Shown here: positions 1 through 11,272 of the stretch, piece by piece
Layout: each line of letters starts with the position of its first letter
Position numbering within the stretch: the stretch's first letter is position 1
Assembly (NCBI RefSeq): GCF_009914755.1
Contig: NC_060948.1
Reading direction: 5' to 3' (one strand)
Source of the DNA: the human T2T-CHM13v2.0 reference genome, Homo sapiens
Length of the DNA stretch: 64,000 bases
Translations under genes and position numbers: made by a program
Notes under the pieces: model-generated
Told to the model about the DNA's origin: nothing
What the model saw: the letters and a program-made list of their open reading frames with translations, nothing else
The model's database searches: none

Positions 1-586
1 TATACAGGAATGTAACGTAATGAACTCGAATGTAATTGACTGGAATGGAATGTACATGAATGGAATGTAATCGAATGGAAAGTAATCCAATGGAATAGAA
101 TCTAATGCAATAAAATCGACTCAGATAGAGTAGAATGTAATGGAATGGAGTGCAGTGCAATGGAATGGAATGGAATGGAATGCAATGGAATGGAATGGAA
201 TGGAATGGAATGGAATGGAATGGGATGGAATGGTATGGAATGGATAGTAATGGACTGGAGTGAAATGGACTGGAAAGGAATGGACTCAAATTGAAAGGGC
301 TCGAAAGGAATGGAGTCAAATGGAATGGTCTGGAATGGAATGAACACGAATGTAATGCAACCCAATAGAATGGAATCGAATGGCATGGAATATAAAGAAA
401 TGGAATCGAAGAGAATGGAAACAAATGGAATGGAATTGAATGGAATGGAATTGAATGGAATGGGAACGAATGGAGTGAAATTGTATGCAGTAGAAGAGAA
501 TAGAATGGAATGCAAGCGAAAGGAAAGGAATGGATTGGAATGGAATGGAATTCATTGGAATGGAAGGGAATGTAGTGTAATGGACA
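1..586 (+). repeat. DYZ1 unit, partial (end of the copy preceding H1)
   Basis: Sequence upstream of the first GGCC at 587; matches the last ~590 bp of every full copy. Confidence 0.9.
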
Positions 587-604
587 GGCCTGGAATAAAG
601 TGGA
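451..604. other. DYZ1 diagnostic segment: Y1.2/Y1.1 sexing-PCR primer sites enclosing the per-unit EcoRI (548-553) and StuI/HaeIII (586-591) sites; recurs in every unit
   Basis: TTGAATGGAATGGGAACGAATGG at 451-473 and the reverse complement of TCCACTTTATTCCAGGCCTGTCC at 582-604 give a 154-bp amplicon. GAATTC and AGGCCT were read directly; primer identity is from recall. Confidence 0.8.
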
Positions 605-960
605 ATGCTACGGTCTCGAATGGAATAAAAATGTATGGAATGGAATGCAATGAAACGGAATCGAATGTCATAGAATGTAATGGAATGCAAAAAAATGGAA
701 TCCAAAATCATTGACTGGAAAGGCTGGGTGTCGAAAGGAATTGACTCCAATGGAATGGAATCGAATGGAATGGAAGTGAATAGAATCGAACTAAATCGAA
801 TGGAATGGAATTGATAGGAACGGAATGGAAAGGAATGCAATGATTTGGCATGGAATGGAATCGAATGGCATCGAATGGAATGGAATGGAATGCATGGAAT
901 GGAATGTATTAGAATGTAATGAACTTTAATGGAATGTACTCGAATGGATTCGACTGGAAT

Positions 961-975
961 GGAATGTTCTGGAAG
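961..975. promoter_or_regulatory. Perfect three-unit heat-shock element nGAAnnTTCnnGAAn (gGAAtgTTCtgGAAg); present in all 18 copies (e.g. 4515-4529)
   Basis: Exact match to the HSF consensus, read in the sequence. HSF1 is known to bind Satellite III, but occupancy of this particular site is not shown by sequence. Confidence 0.55.
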
Positions 976-1240
976 TGAATGGACTCCAATGGAATGGATT
1001 CAAAAGGAATGGAATCGTACGGAATGGAATCTAATGGAATGGAATTAAATGGAAATGAATCAAATTGAATAGCACGGAATTGAATTGAATGGAATGGAAT
1101 GCAATGGAATCTAATGAAACGGAAAGGAAAGGAATGGAATGGAATGGAATGGGCTGGAATGGAAAGGAATCGAAACGAATGGAATGGAATCGAAGTGAAG
1201 AGACTGGAATGGAATGCACTGGAATGGAAGGGAGTGTAAT

Positions 1241-1255
1241 GGAAGGTTCTCGAAA
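1241..1255. promoter_or_regulatory. Second perfect heat-shock element (gGAAggTTCtcGAAa); polymorphic between copies
   Basis: Exact consensus in H1, H3, H9, H10, H11, H14, H15 and H18; broken in the other ten copies. Confidence 0.5.
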
Positions 1256-4139
1256 AAAATGGAATCGAATGGAATGGAATTGAATGGAACGGAATAGAGT
1301 CGAATGGAATTGAATGGAATGGAATGGACTAGAGTGAAATGGAATCGAACCACAAGGAATGGACAGGAATAGAATGGTCTCGAATTGAATGGAATCGTAT
1401 GGAATGGCATCAAACGGAATGGAATGGACAGCCACGGAATGGAATGCACTCGAATGCAATGGAGTCGAAACTAATGGACTGGAATAGAATGGACTCGACT
1501 GGTACGGACTCCAATGGAATGGAATCGAATGGAAGGGAATCGAACGGAATGGAATCGAACGGAATGGACTCGAAGGGAAAAGACTGCAATGGAAAGGTCT
1601 CGAATGGAATGGAAATTAATGGAATGGAATGGAATCGAATGAAATGGAGTCAAAAGGAATGGAATCGAATGGCAAGAAATCGAATGTAATGGAATCGCCA
1701 GGAATTGATGTGAACGGAACGGAATGGAATGGAATCCAAAGGAATGGAATAGAATGGAATGGAATCGAATGGAAAGGACTCGAATGGAAATCACTCGAAT
1801 AGAATGCAATTTAATAAAATAGGATCAAATGTAATGGAATGGAATGGAAAGGAATCGAAACGAAAGGAATGGAGACAGATGGAATGGAATGGAACAGAGA
1901 GCAATGGTATAGAATGGAATGGAATCATCTGGAATGGAATTGAATGGAATGGAATAATATGAAATGGAATGGAATGGAATGGAATGGAATGCCCTTGAAT
2001 TAAATGGACTGGAATGGAATGGACTCAAACAGAGTGGAATGGAAAGTGTGGAGATAGAATGGAATGAACTCCTTTGGAATGGTGTAGTATGCAATGCAAT
2101 CGACTGGCAGGGAGTCAAAAGGTATGTAATCGAATGGATTGGACTGGAATGCAAAGGACTCGAATAGATTGGAAACGGAATGCAAAGGAATGGAATGGAA
2201 TAGTATGGAATGCAATGGAAGGGAATGCAGTGGAATAGACTAGAGTGGAATGGAATGGACTGGAAAGCAATGGACTGGAATGGAACTTTCTTGGATGGAC
2301 TGGAATCAAACGGAATGGAATGCAGTGCAATCAAATGGCATGGAATAAAATAGAATGAAAGAGAATCAAATGGAATTGAATCGAATGGAATCGAATGGAT
2401 TGGAAAGGAATAGAATGGAATGGAATGGAATTGACTCAAATGGAATGGACTAGAATGGAATGGATTCGAATGGAAGGCAAAGGAATGGAATCTATTGGAA
2501 TGGACTGTAATGGAATGGAATGGAAGGGATTGGAATGGACTCGAATGGAATGGACTGCAATAGAAAGGATTCGAATGGAATGAAAAAGAATTGAATGGAA
2601 TAGAACAGAATGGAATCAAATCGAATGAAATGGAATGGAATAGAAAGGAATGGAATGAAATGGAATGGAAAGGATTCGAATGGAATGCAATCGAATGGAA
2701 TGGAATCGAACGGAATGGAATAAAATGGAAGAAAACTGGCAAGAAATGGAATCGAAATGAATGGAGTGTTATGGAACGGACTCAAAAGGAATTGAATGTA
2801 ATAGAATGGAGTGGAGTGGACTCGAATATAATGGACTGGAATGGAATGAAATCACATGGAATGGGAACGAATGGAATGGAATGGAAAGGAAAGGAATCGA
2901 ATGGAAGGGAATGAAATTGAATCAACACGAATGGAAGGGAATAGAATAGACTGTAATGGAATGGACTCGAATAGAATGGACACGAATGCTCAAATTAAAT
3001 GGACTCGAATGGAATGGAAACGAAAGGAATGTCATCGAATGGAATTGAATCGATTGGAATGAAATCGCATAGAATGGAGTGGAATCAAATGGAATTGAAT
3101 CGAAAGGAAAGGAAGCGAATGGACTGAAATGAAATGGAATGGAATTGAATGGAAAGTAATGCAATGGAATAGAATGGAACGAAATTTCACGGAATGGAAT
3201 CAAACTGAATGGAATCAAATCAATGGAATCAAATCAAATGGAATGGAAAGGAATTGAATGGAGTAGATGGGATTGGATGGGATTGGAATGAAATGTACTG
3301 GAAAGGACTCGAATTTCATGAAACGGAATGGAATGAATTGGAACGGAATGGACTCGAATGGAATGGAATGTCATGGGATGGCATCAAATGGAATGACATC
3401 AAATGGAATGGAATCGAATGCAATGGAATGCTATGGAATGGAATGGAATGCATTGGAATGGAATGTCCGCTAATGGAATGGATTCGAGTGGAATGGAATT
3501 GAATATAATGGAGTCGAATGAAATGGAATTGAAAGGAATGGGATCGAATACAATGGAATATACTGGAATGTAACGTAATGAACTCGAATGTAATTGACTG
3601 GAATGGAATGTACATGAATGGAATGTAATCGAATGGAAAGTAATCCAATGGAATAGAATCTAATGCAATAAAATCGACTCAGATAGAGTAGAATGTAATG
3701 GAATGGAGTGCAGTGCAATGGAATGGAATGGAATGGAATGCAATGGAATGGAATGGAATGGAATGGGATGGAATGGGATGGAATGGTATGGAATGGATAG
3801 TAATGGACTGGAGTGAAATGGACTGGAAAGGAATGGACTCAAATTGAAAGGTCTCGAAAGGAATGGAGTCAAATGGAATGGTCTGGAATGGAATGAACAC
3901 GAATGTAATGCAACCCAATAGAATGGAATCGAATGGCATGGAATATAAAGAAATGGAATCGAAAAGAATGGAAACAAATGGAATGGAATTGAATGGAATG
4001 GAATTGAATGGAATGGGAACGAATGGAGTGAAATTGTATGCAGTAGAAGAGAATAGAATGGAATGCAAGCGAAAGGAAAGGAATGGATTGGAATGGAATG
4101 GAATTCATTGGAATGGAAGGGAATGTAGTGTAATGGACA

Positions 4140-7100
4140 GGCCTGGAATAAAGTGGAATGCTACGGTCTCGAATGGAATAAAAATGTATGGAATGGAATG
4201 CAATGAAACGGAATCGAATGTCATAGAATGTAATGGAATGCAAAAAAATGGAATCCAAAATCATTGACTGGAAAGGCTGGGTGTCGAAAGGAATTGACTC
4301 CAATGGAATGGAATCGAATGGAATGGAAGTGAATAGAATCGAACTAAATCGAATGGAATGGAATTGATAGGAACGGAATGGAAAGGAATGCAATGATTTG
4401 GCATGGAATGGAATCGAATGGCATCGAATGGAATGGAATGGAATGCAATGGAATGGAATGTATTAGAATGTAATGAACTTTAATGGAATGTACTCGAATG
4501 GATTCGACTGGAATGGAATGTTCTGGAAGTGAATGGACTCCAATGGAATGGATTCAAAAGGAATGGAATCGTACGGAATGGAATCTAATGGAATGGAATT
4601 AAATGGAAATGAATCAAATTGAATAGCACGGAATTGAATTGAATGGAATGGAATGCAATGGAATCTAATGAAACGGAAAGGAAAGGAATGGAATGGAATG
4701 GAATGGGCTGGAATGGAAAGGAATCGAAACGAATGGAATGGAATCGAAGTGAAGAGACTGGAATGGAATGCACTGGAATGGAAGGGAGTGTAATGCAAGG
4801 TTCTCGAAAAAAATGGAATCGAATGGAATGGAATTGAATGGAACGGAATAGAGTCGAATGGAATTGAATGGAATGGAATGGACTAGAGTGAAATGGAATC
4901 GAACCACAAGGAATGGACAGGAATAGAATGGTCTCGAATTGAATGGAATCGTATGGAATGGCATCAAACGGAATGGAATGGACAGCCACGGAATGGAATG
5001 CACTCGAATGCAATGGAGTCGAAACTAATGGACTGGAATAGAATGGACTCGACTGGTACGGACTCCAATGGAATGGAATCGAATGGAAGGGAATCGAACG
5101 GAATGGACTCGAAGGGAAAAGACTGCAATGGAAAGGTCTCGAATGGAATGGAAATTAATGGAATGGAATGGAATCGAATGAAATGGAGTCAAAAGGAATG
5201 GAATCGAATGGCAAGAAATCGAATCTAATGGAATCGCCAGGAATTGATGTGAACGGAACGGAATGGAATGGAATCCAAAGGAATGGAATAGAATGGAATG
5301 GAATCGAATGGAAAGGACTCGAATGGAAATCACTCGAATAGAATGCAATTTAATAAAATGGGATCAAATGTAATGGAATGGAATGGAAAGGAATTGAAAC
5401 GAAAGGAATGGAGACAGATGGAATGGAATGGAACAGAGAGCAATGGTATAGAATGGAATGGAATCATCTGGAATGGAATTGAATGGAATGGAATAATATG
5501 AAATGGAATGGAATGGAATGGAATGGAATGCCCTTGAATTAAATGGACTGGAATGGAATGGACTCAAACAGAGTGGAATGGAAAGTGTGGAGATAGAATG
5601 GAATGAACTCCTTTGGAATGGTGTAGTATGCAATGCAATCGACTGGCAGGGAATCACAAGGAATGTAATCGAATGGATTGGACTGAAATGCAATGGACTC
5701 GAATAGATTGGAAACGGAATGCAAAGGAATGGAATGGAATAGTATGGAATGCAATGGAAGGGAATGGAGTGGAATAGACTAGAGTGGAATGGAATGGACT
5801 GGAAAGCAATGGACTGGAATGGAACATTCTTGGATGGACTGGAATCAAACGGAATGGAATGCAATGCAATCAAATGGCATGGAATAAAATAGAATGAAAG
5901 AGAATCAAATGGAATTGAATCGAATGGAATCGAATGGATTGGAAAGGAATAGAATGGAATGGAATGGAATTGACTCAAATGGAATGGACTAGAATGGAAT
6001 GGATTCGAATGGAAGGCAAAGGAATGGAATCTATTGGAATGGACTGTAATGGAATGGAATGGAAGGGATTCGAATGGACTCGAATGGAATGGACTGCAAT
6101 AGAAAGGATTCGAATGGAATGAAAAAGAATTGAATGGAATAGAACAGAATGGAATCAAATCGAATGAAATGGAATGGAATAGAAAGGAATGGAATGAAAT
6201 GGAATGGAAAGGATTCGAATGGAATGCAATCGAATGGAATGGAATCGAACGGAATGGAATAAAATGGAAGAAAACTGGCAAGAAATGGAATCGAAATGAA
6301 TGGAGTGTTATGGAACGGACTCAAAAGGAATTGAATGTAATAGAATGGAGTGGAGTGGACTCGAATATAATGGACTGGAATGGAATGAAATCACATGGAA
6401 TGGGAACGAATGGAATGGAATGGAAAGGAATGGAATCGAATGGAAAGGAATCGAATGGAAGGAAATGAAATTGAATCAACACGAATGGAAGGGAATAGAA
6501 TAGACTGTAATGGAATGGACTCGAATAGAATGGACACGAATGCTCAAATTAAATGGACTCGAATGGAATGGAAACGAAAGGAATGTCATCGAATGGAATT
6601 GAATCGATTGGAATGAAATCGCATAGAATGGAGTGGAATCAAATGGAATTGAATCGAAAGGAAAGGAAGCGAATGGACTGAAATGAAATGGAATGGAATT
6701 GAATGGAAAGTAATGCAATGGAATAGAATGGAACGAAATTTCACGGAATGGAATCAAACTGAATGGAATCAAATCAATGGAATCAAATCAAATGGAATGG
6801 AAAGGAATTGAATGGAGTAGATGGGATTGGATGGGATTGGAATGAAATGTACTGGAAAGGACTCGAATTTCATGAAACGGAATGGAATGAATTGGAACGG
6901 AATGGACTCGAATGGAATGGAATGTCATGGGATGGCATCAAATGGAATGGCATCAAATGGAATGGAATCGAATGCAATGGAATGCTATGGAATGGAATGG
7001 AATGCATTGGAATGGAATGTCCTCTAATGGAATGGATTCGAGTGGAATGGAATTGAATATAATGGAGTCGAATGAAATGGAATTGAAAGGAATGGGATCG

Positions 7101-7708
7101 AATACAATGGAATATACTGGAATGTAATGTAATGAACTCGAATGTAATTGACTGGAATGGAATGTACATGAATGGAATGTAATCGAATGGAAAGTAATCC
7201 AATGGAATAGAATCTAATGCAATAAAATCGACTCAGATAGAGTAGAATGTAATGGAATGGAGTGCAGTGCAAAGGAATGGAATGGAATGGAATGCAATGG
7301 AATGGAATGGAATGGAATGGAATGGAATGGAATGGAATGGAATGGGATGGAATGGTATGGAATGGATAATAATAGACTGGAGTGAAATGGACTGGAAAGG
7401 AATGGACTCAAATTGAAAGGGCTCGAAAGGAATGGATTCAAATGGAATGGTCTGGAATGGAATGAACACGAATGTAATGCAACCCAATAGAATGGAATCG
7501 AATGGCATGGAATATAAAGAAATGGAATCGAAGAGAATGGAAACAAATGGAATGGAATTGAATGGAATGGAATTGAATGGAATGGGAACGAATGGAGTGA
7601 AATTGTATGCAGTAGAAGAGAATAGAATGGAATGCAAGCGAAAGGAAAGGAATGGATTGGAATGGAATGGAATTCATTGGAATGGAAGGGAATGTAGTGT
7701 AATGGACA
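4140..7708 (+). repeat. DYZ1 unit H2 (3,569 bp)
   Basis: GGCC 4140 to 7709; lacks one 15-bp ggaagggaatcgaac block near 5100. Confidence 0.93.
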
Positions 7709-10700
7709 GGCCTGGAATAAAGTGGAATGCTACGGTCTCGAATGGAATAAAAATGTATGGAATGGAATGCAATGAAACGGAATCGAATGTCATAGAATGT
7801 AATGGAATGCAAAAAAATGGAATCCAAAATCATTGACTGGAAAGGCTGGGTGTCGAAAGGAATTGACTCCAATGGAATGGAATCGAATGGAATGGAAGTG
7901 AATAGAATCGAACTAAATCGAATGGAATGGAATTGATAGGAACGGAATGGAAAAGAATGCAATGATTTGGCATGGAATGGAATCGAATGGCATCGAATGG
8001 AATGGAATGGAATGCAATGGAATGGAATGTATTAGAATGGAATGAACTTTAATGGAATGTACTCGAATGGATTCGACTGGAATGGAATGTTCTGGAAGTG
8101 AATGGACTCCAATGGAATGGATTCAAAAGGAATGGAATCGTACGGAATGGAATCTAATGGAATGGAATTAAATGGAAATGAATCAAATTGAATAGCACGG
8201 AATTGAATTGAATGGAATGGAATGCAATGGAATCTAATGAAACGGAAAGGAAAGGAATGGAATGGAATGGAATGGGCTGGAATGGAAAGGAATCGAAACG
8301 AATGGAATGGAATCGAAGTGAAGAGACTGGAATGGAATGCACTGGAATGGAAGGGAGTGTAATGGAAGGTTCTCGAAAAAAATGGAATCGAATGGAATGG
8401 AATTGAATGGAACGGAATAGAGTCGAATGGAATTGAATGGAATGGAATGGACTAGAGTGAAATGGAATCGAACCACAAGGAATGGACAGGAATAGAATGG
8501 TCTCGAATTGAATGGAATCGTATGGAATGGCATCAAACCGAATGGAATGGACAGCCACGGAATGGAATGCACTCGAATGCAATGGAGTCGAAACTAATGG
8601 ACTGGAATAGAATGGACTCGACTGGTACGGACTCCAATGGAATGGAATCGAATGGAAGGGAATCGAACGGAATGGACTCGAAGGGAAAAGACTGCAATGG
8701 AAAGGTCTCGAATGGAATGGAAATTAATGGAATGGAATGGAATCGAATGAAATGGAGTCAAAAGGAATGGAATCGAATGGCAAGAAATCGAATGTAATGG
8801 AATCGCCAGGAATTGATGTGAACGGAACGGAATGGAATGGAATCCAAAGGAATGGAATAGAATGGAATGGAATCGAATGGAAAGGACTCGAATGGAAATC
8901 ACTCGAATAGAATGCAATTTAATAAAATAGGATCAAATGTAATGGAATGGAATGGAAAGGAATCGAAACGAAAGGAATGGAGACAGATGGAATGGAATGG
9001 AACAGAGAGCAATGGTATAGAACGGAATGGAATCATCTGGAATGGAATTGAATGGAATGGAATAATATGAAATGGAATGGAATGGAATGGAATGGAATGC
9101 CCTTGAATTAAATGGACTGGAATGGAATGGACTCAAACAGAGTGGAATGGAAAGTGTGGAGATAGAATGGAGTGAACTCCTTTGGAATGGTGTAGTATGC
9201 AATGCAATCGACTGGCAGGGAATCAAAAGGAATGTAATCGAATGGATTGGACTGGAATGCAATGGACTCGAATAGATTGGAAACGGAATGCAAAGGAATG
9301 GAATGGAATAGTATGGAATGCAATGGAAGGGAATGGAGTGGAATAGACTAGAGTGGAATGGAATGGACTGGAAAGCAATGGACTGGAATGGAACTTTCTT
9401 GGATGGACTTTAATCAAACGGAATGGAATGCAATGCAATCAAATGGCATGGAATAAATTAGAATGAAAGAGAATCAAATGGAATTGAATCGAATGGAATC
9501 GAATGGATTGGAAAGGAATAGAATGGAATGGAATGGAATTGACTCAAATGGAATGGACTAGAATGGAATGGATTCGAATGGAAGGCAAAGGAATGGAATC
9601 TATTGGAATGGACTGTAATGGAATGGAATGGAAGGGATTGGAATGGACTCGAATGGAATGGACTGCAATAGAAAGGATTCGAATGGAATGAAAAAGAATT
9701 GAATGGAATAGAACAGAATGGAATCAAATCGAATGAAATGGAATGGAATAGAAAGGAATGGAATGAAATGGAATGGAAAGGATTCGAATGGAATGCAATC
9801 GAATGGAATGGAATCGAACGGAATGGAATAAAATGGAAGAAAACTGGCAAGAAATGGAATCGAAATGAATGGAGTGTTATGGAACGGACTCAAAAGGAAT
9901 TGAATGTAATAGAATGGAGTGGAGTGGACTCGAATATAATGGACTGGAATGGAATGAAATCACATGGAATGGGAACGAATGGAATGGAATGGAAAGGAAT
10001 GGAATCGAATGGAAAGGAATCGAATGGAAGGGAATGAAATTGAATCAACACGAATGGAAGGGAATAGAATAGACTGTAATGGAATGGACTCGAATAGAAT
10101 GGACACGAATGCTCAAATTAAATGGACTCGAATGGAATGGAAACGAAAGGAATGTCATCGAATGGAATTGAATCGATTGGAATGAAATCGCATAGAATGG
10201 AGTGGAATCAAATGGAATTGAATCGAAAGGAAAGGAAGCGAATGGACTGAAATGAAATGGAATGGAATTGAATGGAAAGTAATGCAATGGAATAGAATGG
10301 AACGAAATTTCACGGAATGGAATCAAACTGAATGGAATCAAATCAATGGAATCAAATCAAATGGAATGGAAAGGAATTGAATGGAGTAGATGGGATTGGA
10401 TGGGATTGGAATGAAATGTACTGGAAAGGACTCGAATTTCATGAAACGGAATGGAATGAATTGGAACGGAATGGACTCGAATGGAATGGAATGTCATGGG
10501 ATGGCATCAAATGGAATGGCATCAAATGGAATGGAATCGAATGCAATGGAATGCTATGGAATGGAATGGAATGCATTGGAATGGAATGTCCTCTAATGGA
10601 ATGGATTCGAGTGGAATGGAATTGAATATAATGGAGTCGAATGAAATGGAATTGAAAGGAATGGGATCGAATACAATGGAATATACTGGAATGTAACGTA

Positions 10701-11272
10701 ATGAACTCGAATGTAATTGACTGGAATGGAATGTACATGAATGGAATGTAACCGAATGGAAAGTAATCCAATGGAATAGAATCTAATGCAATAAAATCGA
10801 CTAAGATAGAGTAGAATGTAATGGAATGGAGTGCAGTGCAATGGAATGGAATGGAATGGAATGCAATGGAATGGAATGGAATGGAATGGAATGGAATGGA
10901 ATGGAATGGGATGGAATGGTATGGAATGGATAGTAATGGACTGGAGTGAAATGGACTGGAAAGGAATGGACTCAAATTGAAAGGGCTCGAAAGGAATGGA
11001 GTCAAATGGAATGGTCTGGAATGGAATGAACACGAATGTAATGCAACCCAATAGAATGGAATCGAATGGCATGGAATATAAAGAAATGGAATCGAAGAGA
11101 ATGGAAACAAATGGAATGGAATTGAATGGAATGGAATTGAATGGAATGGGAACGAATGGAGTGAAATTGTATGCAGTAGAAGAGAATAGAATGGAATGCA
11201 AGCGAAAGGAAAGGAATGGATTGGAATGGAATGGAATTCATTGGAATGGAAGGGAATGTAGTGTAATGGACA
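7709..11272 (+). repeat. DYZ1 unit H3 (3,564 bp)
   Basis: GGCC 7709 to 11273; lacks the same 15-bp block near 8670. Confidence 0.93.

Larger units (their letters stand above)
587..4139 (+). repeat. DYZ1 unit H1 (3,553 bp)
   Basis: GGCC at 587 to GGCC at 4140; private 1-bp deletion at ~894 and 15-bp deletion at ~2890. Confidence 0.93.

Noticed and set aside
109-2724. Several AATAAA hexamers per unit (109, 594, 624, 1813, 2344, 2719)
   Set aside because: Easily generated from AATGGA by G>A decay in an A-rich strand; no gene context or clear downstream GU-rich element. It would need 3'-end RNA data to call.
3210-3240. gaatcaaatcaatggaatcaaatca, loosely like a DUX4/homeobox site
   Set aside because: Mismatches the TAAYYYAATCA consensus at key positions; DUX4 binding is established for HSATII, not shown for this sequence.
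3310-3323. cgaatttcatgaaa palindrome as another HSE
   Set aside because: GAA-to-TTC spacing is 1 bp rather than 2, so only a two-unit TTCnnGAA is present.
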